Source of the DNA: Erysipelothrix inopinata
Lineage (GTDB): Bacteria > Bacillota_I > Bacilli_A > Erysipelotrichales > Erysipelotrichaceae
Length of the DNA: 32,000 nt
Direction of reading: 5' to 3'
NCBI RefSeq assembly: GCF_014396165.1
Contig: NZ_CP060715.1
Coordinates: 1,020,001-1,052,000 of the forward strand
Made by a program: the position numbers and the translations under genes. The notes below the pieces were generated by a model. It saw only the letters and a list, made by a program, of their open reading frames with translations, did not search any database and was not told the DNA's origin. Below, in pieces: positions 8,623 to 16,158 of this stretch; within the stretch, counting starts at the first letter, position 1; each line of letters starts with the position of its first letter.

Positions 8623-8643
8623 GTGTCCCACTAAACTAGGTCA
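8623..8643. repeat. IS terminal inverted repeat (orfA-proximal end)
   Basis: The plus strand reads GTGTCCCACTAAACTAGGTCA, the reverse complement of TGACCTAGTTTAGTGGGACAC. Confidence 0.85.
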
Positions 8644-10614
8644 GTGCCGGTACTTATTATCTTGATTTTTTTTACTACTGTCAGTACTCATTTATATACA
8701 AAAAGTACTGAAGTTATTCCGGAACATGATACTTATGAATACTATTACGAAGTATTGAAGGGGGAAATCAACAAAGACAAAATAAACTACCTTTCCGAAG
8801 AAAGAAATAGAATAAATAATTATGAAAGTGATCGACAGGAAATTACACGTAAATATAAAAGTGAAGAAATATCGGATGAGGAGTATCAAAGTCACGTCGA
8901 AACTTTAAACCTAACTAGAAAACGGTCCAAAGGCTTTGAAGATATAAGTGAGTATGTAATGTTTCTTGAACATGACGAAAGTCTTAGATATGTAAATGAG
9001 GCATACTTAAACAGCATTTTAAAAATGAGGGTTCCGTACACACTCATTACTTTTTCGCTATTGACCGTGATAATATCATTTCAAAATGAAAAGAAAATGC
9101 AGCCCATTACGTTGACAACTTTACACGGAAAGCAGAAATTATTTAGGACAAAGATAGTCGTATTATTAATCATTAATTCGATGATATTTTTTGTTTATAA
9201 GTTCTCTGTGATTTTTTTAAGATACGATTCAAAATATGTTTCCGATTATTACTCAAAGTTAAAAAGTCTTCCAAGTTTTCAAGGATCTTTTTTTGATGGA
9301 AAAATCATCGAGGCAATCGTGATTACAGCAGTAATGCAATGGCTAGCAATTGTACTTCTAACCCTTTTTACATCAAAATTTTGCCTCAAGAGTAAACTAA
9401 ATGGCTATCAAATTCTTATGATCAACATGGGTATGTTTCTAATATTCGGTTTTTTACTTAGTGAGTCTCGATATATGTATTATTTATCTCCATTTGGTTT
9501 TTTTAATCCCCTGAGATATTTCTGGGGTAAGGTTGATGGTTACGAGGGTATTCAATATATATTTAATTACAAAGATATTATTTTTGTATCAGTGATGACA
9601 ATTTTTCTAACTATGATATGTTTAACAAATTTAAAGAAGAACCTGAGTAAAATATCAATTTTTTGCTGTATTCTTTTATTACTTGCAGGCTGTGAGCGAG
9701 AGGAAAAAGTTGAAAATACAATGATGTACGGCAACACAAATGGAATCAGCTGCAATGAATCTGTCTGTTTAGATGTGATAGATAATAAAATGCTTGAAAT
9801 TGGAAGTAATGTGGCCTATGAGCTAAATAGGAACCCGTTTCAAGTTGAAGACGTTTTTACAAATCACTTTATTTATAAAAATTATGTCTACTACATAGCT
9901 TCAAACGAAAAAAATTTAACCATTCAACGGGTGGATACCACAACTTTTAACCAAGTAGAAATATACCGAAAAAATCTTGTAAGCTACGATATATTTGGTA
10001 ATATTACTGGATTCGAACGTTTTTATCTTCCCATCCAACTCTTTGTCAATGAAGATAACGTATATTTGACATATCACGATCGGATTGAACAAATTATCTC
10101 AAAAAACAAGAGTAAAATATTACTCGATTCAGATGCGGAAATTTTCGCAACTAATAGTTCCTACTTATTTTACTTGAGTACTGATAATTTATTAAAATCT
10201 TTAAACTTGTCAACTCTAAAATCACAGACAGTTGTTGAGACCTTGGTTCAATCTCCGGTAAAAGTTGAAGATACGTTCTATTACATTAAGTTGAAAGATG
10301 ATTTTCTTTATGCTTATGATATTGAGGAACGTAAAGAGCGATTAATCGTAGATGAAGCAGTTTTTCAGTATCAAATAGACGGCACCCATATATATTATGT
10401 AAACCAAGAGATGGATGAACTTAAAGTGAAATCAATTGAAGGGTCTAACAGCGTAATTATTTTGATGGATGTGGAAATAAATGGATTTATGGTTTTAGAA
10501 GATCGAATCATGATTTCGAGTGAAGATGGAAAAAATAGAGAAATATTAAAAACTCAATTACCCAGTTAAATCATAGCCACATCATTTTCCAGACCAACTT
10601 GCAGAAATCACTAT

Positions 10615-10645
10615 TTGACAAAAGATTCACTGCTTTGAGTATAAT
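10615..10645 (+). promoter_or_regulatory. Sigma-A-like promoter for the GNAT gene
   Basis: TTGACA at 10615-10620 and TATAAT at 10640-10645. The 19-nt spacer is slightly long. Confidence 0.45.
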
Positions 10646-10680
10646 GTATATAACAAATAGGAATTGCAGAGGCTTAACAT

Positions 10681-11115
10681 ATGATGAAGATTAGAAATTT
10701 AGATATAAATGATTTACCACAATGTACTCAATTATTTAAAGATACATTTTCTAAAGAACCTTGGTTCGATAATGATTCAATGGAAGATATAAAGATGCTT
10801 TTTATGAATCATATGAATAATAACTATTTTGTAGGATATGTACTACTGGATGATAGTAAGATTGTAGGCCTTAGTTTAGGGTTTTCAAAACCCTGGATTA
10901 GAGGTATGGAGTACTATATTGATCAATTTGTAATTGAGTATGGGAGTCAAGGAAAGGGATATGGTTCCAAGTTTATTGAACTTATTGATACAGATATTAA
11001 AAACAAAGGAATGAATGCAATAATATTAAATACCGAAAAAGGATATCCTGCAGAAAAATTCTATCTGAAAAATGGTTTCCGCATTATTGATAATGTCATT
11101 GTACTCGGTAAGTAA
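10681..11115 (+). CDS. GNAT-family N-acetyltransferase
   Basis: 144 aa. Acetyl-CoA motif A QGKGYGSKFIE, and a C-terminal YLKNGF typical of GNAT folds. GAGG lies 8 nt upstream of ATG 10681. Confidence 0.8.
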   Translation: MMKIRNLDINDLPQCTQLFKDTFSKEPWFDNDSMEDIKMLFMNHMNNNYFVGYVLLDDSKIVGLSLGFSKPWIRGMEYYIDQFVIEYGSQGKGYGSKFIELIDTDIKNKGMNAIILNTEKGYPAEKFYLKNGFRIIDNVIVLGK

Positions 11116-11160
11116 AAAAATTCTAAGATAACCTCAATACACATTATTTTGAAGTTATTG

Positions 11161-11166
11161 TATAAT
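11161..11166 (+). promoter_or_regulatory. -10 hexamer (TATAAT) for the ABC-F leader transcript
   Basis: TATAAT at 11161-11166, just upstream of the leader SD (11177-11182). No convincing -35. Confidence 0.4.
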
Positions 11167-11190
11167 GAATGTATATAGGAGGTATGCTTT

Positions 11191-11235
11191 ATGTATTGTG
11201 TTAGAATTCGTTTACAACAATTAAGTGAATCGTAG
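11191..11235 (+). CDS. Candidate regulatory leader peptide (14 aa, MYCVRIRLQQLSES) upstream of the ABC-F gene
   Basis: AGGAGG at 11177-11182, 8-nt spacer, ATG 11191, TAG at 11233-11235. It lies about 60 nt upstream of two terminator-like hairpins. Confidence 0.45.
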   Translation: MYCVRIRLQQLSES

Positions 11236-11298
11236 TGATAACTTAGTTGTGTTGCAAAAGCATAATTAACGTAAAGGCATACTAATGCTCTTTTTGTT

Positions 11299-11331
11299 GA
11301 CAAGACTGGTTATCCGAGTCTTGTCTTTTTT
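11299..11331 (+). terminator. Attenuator hairpin 1 (terminator-like)
   Basis: GACAAGACT (11299-11307) pairs with AGTCTTGTC (11317-11325), followed by TTTTTT (11326-11331). Confidence 0.6.
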
Positions 11332-11336
11332 ATAGC

Positions 11337-11364
11337 ACAAGACTCTTTTGGTCTTGTTTTTTTT
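11337..11364 (+). terminator. Attenuator hairpin 2 (terminator-like), 29 nt before the ABC-F start
   Basis: ACAAGAC (11337-11343) pairs with GTCTTGT (11351-11357), followed by TTTTTTT (11358-11364). Its 5' arm is also complementary to the 3' arm of hairpin 1. Confidence 0.6.
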
Positions 11365-11392
11365 ATGCTATTAAAAAGAAAGAGAGGCTACT

Positions 11393-12805
11393 ATGAAACC
11401 TTTAATAGAAGCAAAGAATATAGAAATTGAATATAATAATAAAACTGTTTTGGACATTAATAAAGTTGAAATATATCCAAATCAAAGAATCGGGGTTGTA
11501 GGTAAAAATGGATCAGGAAAAACAACCCTCATAAAAATTCTCGCAGGAGTAATTGAAAACGGTCGTGTTAGTCATAATGCGTCCATACATTACTTATCGC
11601 AGAATGATTTTGAGTTGGTAACTGTTCAAGATTATGAACAATTAAGTAAACAAGGGATTCTCCATGAATCAGAAGCGTATAGTGGTGGTGAAAAAATGCG
11701 TATAAAATTAGCTGATGCGTTCTCTAATATGTCAGAAGTGCTCTTTTTGGATGAACCGACAAACAACCTCGATAACGAAATGAAAGCAAGCTTAAAATAT
11801 CAATTGATGTATTATCCAGGCGCAGTCGTACTAGTAAGCCATGATCGAAGTTTTTTAAATGATATTGTCGATGTCATATGGGAAATAAGTAATACATCTC
11901 TTACTATTTATCCAGGAAATTACGACGACTACGAAAATTACAAAAACGAAGAATTAGAGAGGCAAAAGTACTTATACGAGGGATATCAAAATGAAATTCA
12001 AAAATTTGAGAAACAAAAAAATGAAATTAAGCAAAAAGCTGAAAAACTAGGAAATAGGAAAGTGAAGAAGACAGAAAGTTCGGGAAGATTAAGTCATGCT
12101 AAAGGAAATGATTCGAAACAAAAAAATCTTAATCGAAAAGCAAAAGAAATCGAAAAGAAAATTGGTAGAGTGGAAAAGATTGAAAAAGTAAAAGAATCTA
12201 AACAATTAATATTTACGCCAACTATTGCGAAACAATTACACAATTCGTATCCAATTAGAGGTGTAAACCTCAATAAGTCATTTGGCAGTAAAACAATATT
12301 CAGTAATTTTAGTTTTTCAGTTCCTTTAAACAGTAAGATAGGGATCATCGGCCCAAATGGTTCAGGCAAAACAACCTTAGTTCGTATGATCATGGATGAA
12401 GAAGAAGGTATTGAACTTGCTCAGAATAGCAACATTGGATATTTTAAGCAAGATAGTATTGAAAGTGTTCAGGATGTGAGTGCGATATCTTACTTAATGG
12501 AAAATCAAGTGCTAACCGAGGCAATTCTAAGAAGCTATTTTGCTAACTTAGGTTTTGAACAAAATCAACTCCAAACCTCGATGAGAGATTTAAGTGGCGG
12601 TGAAGTCATGAAACTTGTATTGGGTAAACTACTATTGTCTGAGAGTAATATTATCATTTTAGATGAACCGACGAACAATTTAGATATTGAATCTGTAAAG
12701 GCACTCGAGCTGATGCTGAGAAGTTACCCAGGGACGGTACTAATAATTAGTCATGATGAGAGACTCATTGATGAGATATGCGATGATGTTATAAATATAA
12801 AATAA
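11393..12805 (+). CDS. ABC-F family ATPase (two NBDs, no TM domain), resembling antibiotic-resistance (ARE) ribosome-protection proteins
   Basis: NBD1 has GKNGSGKTT, YSGGEKMR and LFLDEPTNNLD. NBD2 has GPNGSGKTT, LSGGEVMK and IILDEPTNNLD. A Lys/Glu-rich interdomain linker of about 100 aa (QNEIQKFEKQKNEIKQKAEKLGNRKVKK...) joins them. There is no C-terminal extension. Confidence 0.85.
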   Translation: MKPLIEAKNIEIEYNNKTVLDINKVEIYPNQRIGVVGKNGSGKTTLIKILAGVIENGRVSHNASIHYLSQNDFELVTVQDYEQLSKQGILHESEAYSGGEKMRIKLADAFSNMSEVLFLDEPTNNLDNEMKASLKYQLMYYPGAVVLVSHDRSFLNDIVDVIWEISNTSLTIYPGNYDDYENYKNEELERQKYLYEGYQNEIQKFEKQKNEIKQKAEKLGNRKVKKTESSGRLSHAKGNDSKQKNLNRKAKEIEKKIGRVEKIEKVKESKQLIFTPTIAKQLHNSYPIRGVNLNKSFGSKTIFSNFSFSVPLNSKIGIIGPNGSGKTTLVRMIMDEEEGIELAQNSNIGYFKQDSIESVQDVSAISYLMENQVLTEAILRSYFANLGFEQNQLQTSMRDLSGGEVMKLVLGKLLLSESNIIILDEPTNNLDIESVKALELMLRSYPGTVLIISHDERLIDEICDDVINIK

Positions 12806-13197
12806 TTATGATAAGTAATGAGATTGAATGCGAAATTAATTAAAGAGACTTTAGTCAAATATTTGAGGGTTTTATCGGTACATAAATAGTGTGTATCAAT
12901 ATTTTGTATGGATAAGATAGCATAAAACAATAAGAATTAGTAGCGATATCACATTCGGTGGAGTCTACTATACCGGTTAAAACCTTAATCAATCTTAAAA
13001 CAATTCTGAAGATACTATACCTGCAATAGCGGTAGATAGTTTGATGTAGGTTGTGGGTCCACAACTCGAATAATTTAGTTTGTTGCAATCTTAATAGAAC
13101 TCAGGCAAAGAGAAGATCACAACATAATGATGATGAAAACCAAGGTGGAAGATCCGTGGGAAGTCTAAGAGGAGTTTATTTGTATTTGTAATAAGAT

Positions 13198-13224
13198 AAA
13201 GAGGCCGAATTGTGCGGCCTCTTT
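13198..13224. terminator. GC-rich hairpin in the non-coding gap (possible distal terminator of the ABC-F transcript)
   Basis: AAAGAGGCCG (13198-13207), loop AATTGTG, CGGCCTCTTT (13215-13224). The U-tract is weak on either strand. Confidence 0.45.
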
Positions 13225-13344
13225 CCATAGATTAAGACAGGGATAATAGGCTAAAATATCGCCATATCTTGAAAAATCAAGGTAAGTGAACAAGATAAAT
13301 TTAGATTCGATGGCAACCATCATCATACAAATAACCGTAATGCA

Positions 13345-13374
13345 GAAAAAACGTCCTCACATTTTAGTGAGGAC
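13345..13374 (-). terminator. Rho-independent terminator of the minus-strand lipoprotein gene
   Basis: The minus strand reads GTCCTCAC-TAAAAT-GTGAGGAC followed by GTTTTTTC (plus-strand A-run 13346-13351). Confidence 0.8.
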
Positions 13375-13437
13375 ATAGGGTGATACTCATGGATCCAGCG
13401 TAAGTGCGAGTGCGGAGTAATTCTTAAAATATTGCGG

Positions 13438-14259
13438 TTAATCGCGACTGTCTATCTTTACATCCCTCAGAATGAAAAATTCACGTGATTGATCAAAGCC
13501 TCCAACAGTGGCGGTAATCTTCATGTTTTGTCGATTTAAAGTAGTTGAAAAATTGGGAATCATGACACCTTCAGCGCGGAAAAGTGGACCGCGAATGTCG
13601 GTTTCGGAGTTCTCAATGTCTCCAACCATAAAATTAGTAGTATACTGTGTATCATAAACCTTTTTCTTTCCAGATAGAGGAGAAGTAGTTGTGTAATTTG
13701 ACCAATCCCAAGAGTATCCATCAAACTGAATGGTTTTCCCTTTATACTTAGTGATAAATTCTGTGACTTCTGGATCACTTGGATTTTTAGTGTGTAAAGC
13801 TGCTTTAAAATCAGCATTGTTCGCTTCGGTTATCACAGTTTCTATGTTGGTTTCTTCATGCTTGGTTTCTTCATGCTTAGTTTCTTCTGATTTATCATCA
13901 CTGGTAGTTTCTTTACTAGTTGGAAATGTATGATATCTTACAACAACTTTTGATGTTTTGTCAAAGATATCATCTTTTTTGTAGTCATGATTATCATTAA
14001 TCAACACTTCTTCTACTGCACCATCTTTTGTCATAAAACCGATAATTAAATCTTGTATTTCTTCGGTAGTGACATCTTCGAAACCTTCACTTTGTATCTT
14101 TTGTGTAACCTCTTCAAAATTACTGTTTTTAAATTCTTCAGAAGTAAATGTAACTCTAATTTGGTTTTCATTAACTTTTTGTTTAGAACATCCCGTTGAT
14201 GCTACAACAAACACCATCAAAATCGTTAAAATAAGACGTCGATTTTTATTGTTTTTCAT
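13438..14259 (-). CDS. Lipoprotein with an acidic repeat linker and a DUF4839-like C-terminal domain
   Basis: MKNNKNRRLILTILMVFVVASTGC/SKQ is a lipobox signal. RBS AGAGGAG. Central SEETKHEETKHEETN linker. C-terminal KGKTIQFDGYSWDWSNY...GPLFRAEGV. Confidence 0.8.
   Translation of the reverse strand: MKNNKNRRLILTILMVFVVASTGCSKQKVNENQIRVTFTSEEFKNSNFEEVTQKIQSEGFEDVTTEEIQDLIIGFMTKDGAVEEVLINDNHDYKKDDIFDKTSKVVVRYHTFPTSKETTSDDKSEETKHEETKHEETNIETVITEANNADFKAALHTKNPSDPEVTEFITKYKGKTIQFDGYSWDWSNYTTTSPLSGKKKVYDTQYTTNFMVGDIENSETDIRGPLFRAEGVMIPNFSTTLNRQNMKITATVGGFDQSREFFILRDVKIDSRD
13849..13878. repeat. Perfect 15-bp tandem duplication inside the lipoprotein gene (encodes KHEET x2)
   Basis: GGTTTCTTCATGCTT occurs at 13849-13863 and again at 13864-13878. 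A degenerate third copy follows (AGTTTCTTCTGATTT). Confidence 0.9.
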
Positions 14260-14286
14260 AAGTTCTCCTCTAATCTTAATGGATTA

Positions 14287-14295
14287 ATTATATCA
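14287..14295 (-). promoter_or_regulatory. Extended -10 (TGaTATAAT) promoter for the lipoprotein gene
   Basis: The plus strand ATTATATCA at 14287-14295 reads TGATATAAT on the minus strand, about 30 nt upstream of ATG 14259. Confidence 0.55.
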
Positions 14296-14744
14296 CCACA
14301 TTTCTATAAAACCCATATAATTATCTAAAGGTATGAAATTAAAATCAAATCCAAGGGTTTGACAAAAGAAGTAGGTCGAATTATCTCGCTAGGATAGTTG
14401 CTATAGATACTTACGAAATTTTCTAGGGAAAAACACTCTTGATGCATATTGTGTAAAGGGGAGGTGAATTCATAGTTTAATCATGGTTAAATCCGTGTGA
14501 TTGAAATGGAAAATTTAAATACTAGAAAGTAACAAACTTGAAAATAATACTAACACGGATTCTTACTTCAAGATTAAACAGACAAAAACGAAACAAATCT
14601 GTACTACAAAGATTTTAAAGTGGCACAGCACTCAAATGACTATAATCTTTAGGTCAGCAATAAAGCAAATAATTGGGAAAATTTTAATAAAGATCAAGTT
14701 GTCGCATTGGTTAGACGCTAAAATAAAGCTGGAAAGAAACATTC

Positions 14745-15029
14745 ATGATTGAATTTATTAAAAGAAAAAAGACGCTATTAATTCTATCGTTGGCATATTC
14801 ATTACTACTATTCTCTGATATAGGTTTGGTAAGAAAAGGTTTCGAACCTATATTTTCTCCCATTATTACAGTTTCAAACACAACAAAGTTTCGAATTGGA
14901 TTTTTGTACTATTTTTCTGAGGAAATTAGTATTAGTCCAACACAACCATTGAGTCATTCTCCGGAGGTAAGGGTTGGAATTTGGTTTGCGAGAGGAATTA
15001 GGCTTTATACTAACGCATATGATGAGTAA
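14745..15029 (+). CDS. Hypothetical small membrane-anchored protein (94 aa)
   Basis: It has an N-terminal signal-anchor (KRKKTLLILSLAYSLLLFS) and a strong hairpin 65 nt downstream. However the RBS is weak (GGAAAG) and no family was recognised. Confidence 0.4.
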   Translation: MIEFIKRKKTLLILSLAYSLLLFSDIGLVRKGFEPIFSPIITVSNTTKFRIGFLYYFSEEISISPTQPLSHSPEVRVGIWFARGIRLYTNAYDE

Positions 15030-15094
15030 TTAACTTCTTCTATTGTTTCCTAGAAAGAAAATGGTACTAATGTCTTGTATAAAATGCATTATGA

Positions 15095-15125
15095 AAAATA
15101 GTGGATCTATTTAATCCACTATTTT
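15095..15125. terminator. Bidirectional terminator hairpin
   Basis: AAAATAGTGGAT (15095-15106), loop CTATTTA, ATCCACTATTTT (15114-15125). This is a perfect 12-bp stem with A/T runs on both sides. Confidence 0.75.
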
Positions 15126-15230
15126 AATTTGACAATTACTTTTTCTCATATTATTGATTGATTTTTTTGCTTTTCTTTTGGGTACAACGATCGTTTTTAC
15201 TTTTGTTTCTGTTAAAGTGTAAGCATAAGA

Positions 15231-15932
15231 CTACCGAGTATAACTCATTGCCAATATTTCTTCAGTAGTTGGAACTTTGAAATCATCGCGAATCAGATGA
15301 TTATCAATAAACTCAACAAGATAGTCGAGGAACAATGGAACTGCCGCTGAAGAATCAATATCTTTATTGAATAGTCGGTTAGAAAAACCCCCGTGAATGA
15401 TGTAGAAGAAATCTATAATATAGGTTTCTTTTTCTTTTGGAAAGTATCCTTGTTCAAAGCAAGGGGCATATAACATCTGATTTCTCTTAATCATGTCTTT
15501 GTCAGTAACAATTTGATTAACACTGTCTTCATTAATAGGGAATATTTCAAAATATGATTCTAATTTTGATAGTGCATCTTGAGTATATTCTGAATTAAAA
15601 ACATAGGCATATGCGCCTGGATTCTCAAATGAACATTCTGCATAGATTCTCCAAGAAAGCAGTAAAGCTTCAATAGGATTGAAATCTTGACTTAGAATAT
15701 GTGCAAAACCGTGCAGATAATCGGTGACGCTATCAATCATTGCAAAAGAAATCAAACTATCTACATTATCAAAATAGTTGTAGATTGTTGCACTATTATA
15801 ACCTGCTCGATTTGCGACATTACGAATAGAAATTTTATTGATACCTTCTTCTTCAGCAATCTCTTTGGTTGCATCGATGAAGAAACGCATCGTTCTTTGT
15901 TTTTGTAAGTCTTTCTTATTTATAGAGTTCAT
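15231..15932 (-). CDS. TetR/AcrR-family transcriptional regulator
   Basis: N-terminal HTH FFIDATKEIAEEEGINKISIRNVANRAGYNSATIYNYFDNVDSL. AAGGAAG RBS. Divergent from the BCCT operon. Confidence 0.88.
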   Translation of the reverse strand: MNSINKKDLQKQRTMRFFIDATKEIAEEEGINKISIRNVANRAGYNSATIYNYFDNVDSLISFAMIDSVTDYLHGFAHILSQDFNPIEALLLSWRIYAECSFENPGAYAYVFNSEYTQDALSKLESYFEIFPINEDSVNQIVTDKDMIKRNQMLYAPCFEQGYFPKEKETYIIDFFYIIHGGFSNRLFNKDIDSSAAVPLFLDYLVEFIDNHLIRDDFKVPTTEEILAMSYTR

Positions 15933-16114
15933 CTTGGCACGCTTCCTTTACTCAAAATTATAACAGATGAGAGAACGGATAACCAAATAAGCTGTGAAAT
16001 CTTTAATTAATTATACTAACTTAGCTAAAACTCGTGAAATATTTCATCAAGTTTTGATAAAAATGTTATTTTATCATGGGATCTCATAGAAATATTAATC
16101 GGTCGGTCATATAA

Positions 16115-16128
16115 TAATCACGTGATTA
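16115..16128. promoter_or_regulatory. Perfect 14-bp palindrome TAATCACGTGATTA abutting a TATAAT box: candidate TetR operator
   Basis: TATAAT at 16110-16115 and the palindrome at 16115-16128, about 30 nt upstream of the BCCT start. Seen directly in the sequence. Confidence 0.5.
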
Positions 16129-16158
16129 GTTTGAGAATAAACTAACAAGGAGGAGCAT

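Larger units (their letters stand above)
7346..8643 (-). mobile_element. IS3-family (IS150-like) insertion sequence, apparently intact
   Basis: About 1.3 kb. Terminal inverted repeats TGACCTAGTTTTGTGAGACAC (7350-7370) and the reverse complement of 8623-8643, TGACCTAGTTTAGTGGGACAC, match at 19/21 positions and show TG...CA ends. It has orfA and orfB with an A-AAA-AAG slippery site and a DDE transposase. GTG occurs at 7343-7345 and 8644-8646. Confidence 0.9.
7295..10569 (+). pseudogene. Second ABC-2 permease fused to a lipobox plus beta-repeat (DUF5050-like) ectodomain, interrupted after codon 17 by an IS3-family element
   Basis: ATG 7295 overlaps the upstream stop (TAATG) and encodes MFRFEFKKNVIANKFWV up to 7345. 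The frame starting at 8644 continues (V)PVLIILIFFTTV... for 641 codons. Removing 7346-8643 puts the two parts in frame. The GTG at 8644 has no RBS. Confidence 0.8.

Noticed and set aside
8644-8646. GTG 8644 as a genuine start codon of a 641-aa protein.
   Set aside because: It sits directly on the IS junction with no SD. The protein would begin in the middle of a TM helix whose first 17 codons are found at 7295-7345.
11184-11204. The first ATG (11184; MLYVLC-stop) as the ABC-F leader peptide.
   Set aside because: It lies only 1 nt after the AGGAGG, too close for initiation. ATG 11191 has an 8-nt spacer.
12855-13088. A 77-aa minus-strand ORF in the non-coding gap.
   Set aside because: It has no RBS, a Cys/Tyr/Ile-rich nonsense composition, and no recognisable motif.
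13127-13168. Small ORF MMMKTKVEDPWEV as a possible signalling peptide.
   Set aside because: It has no SD, no signal or leader features, and no cognate receptor gene nearby. It is kept only as a note under the gap finding.
14647-14656. CTTTAGGTCA (reverse complement TGACCTAAAG) as a solo IS3 end.
   Set aside because: Only the first 7-8 nt match the IS terminal repeat and similarity stops immediately. This is most likely chance.
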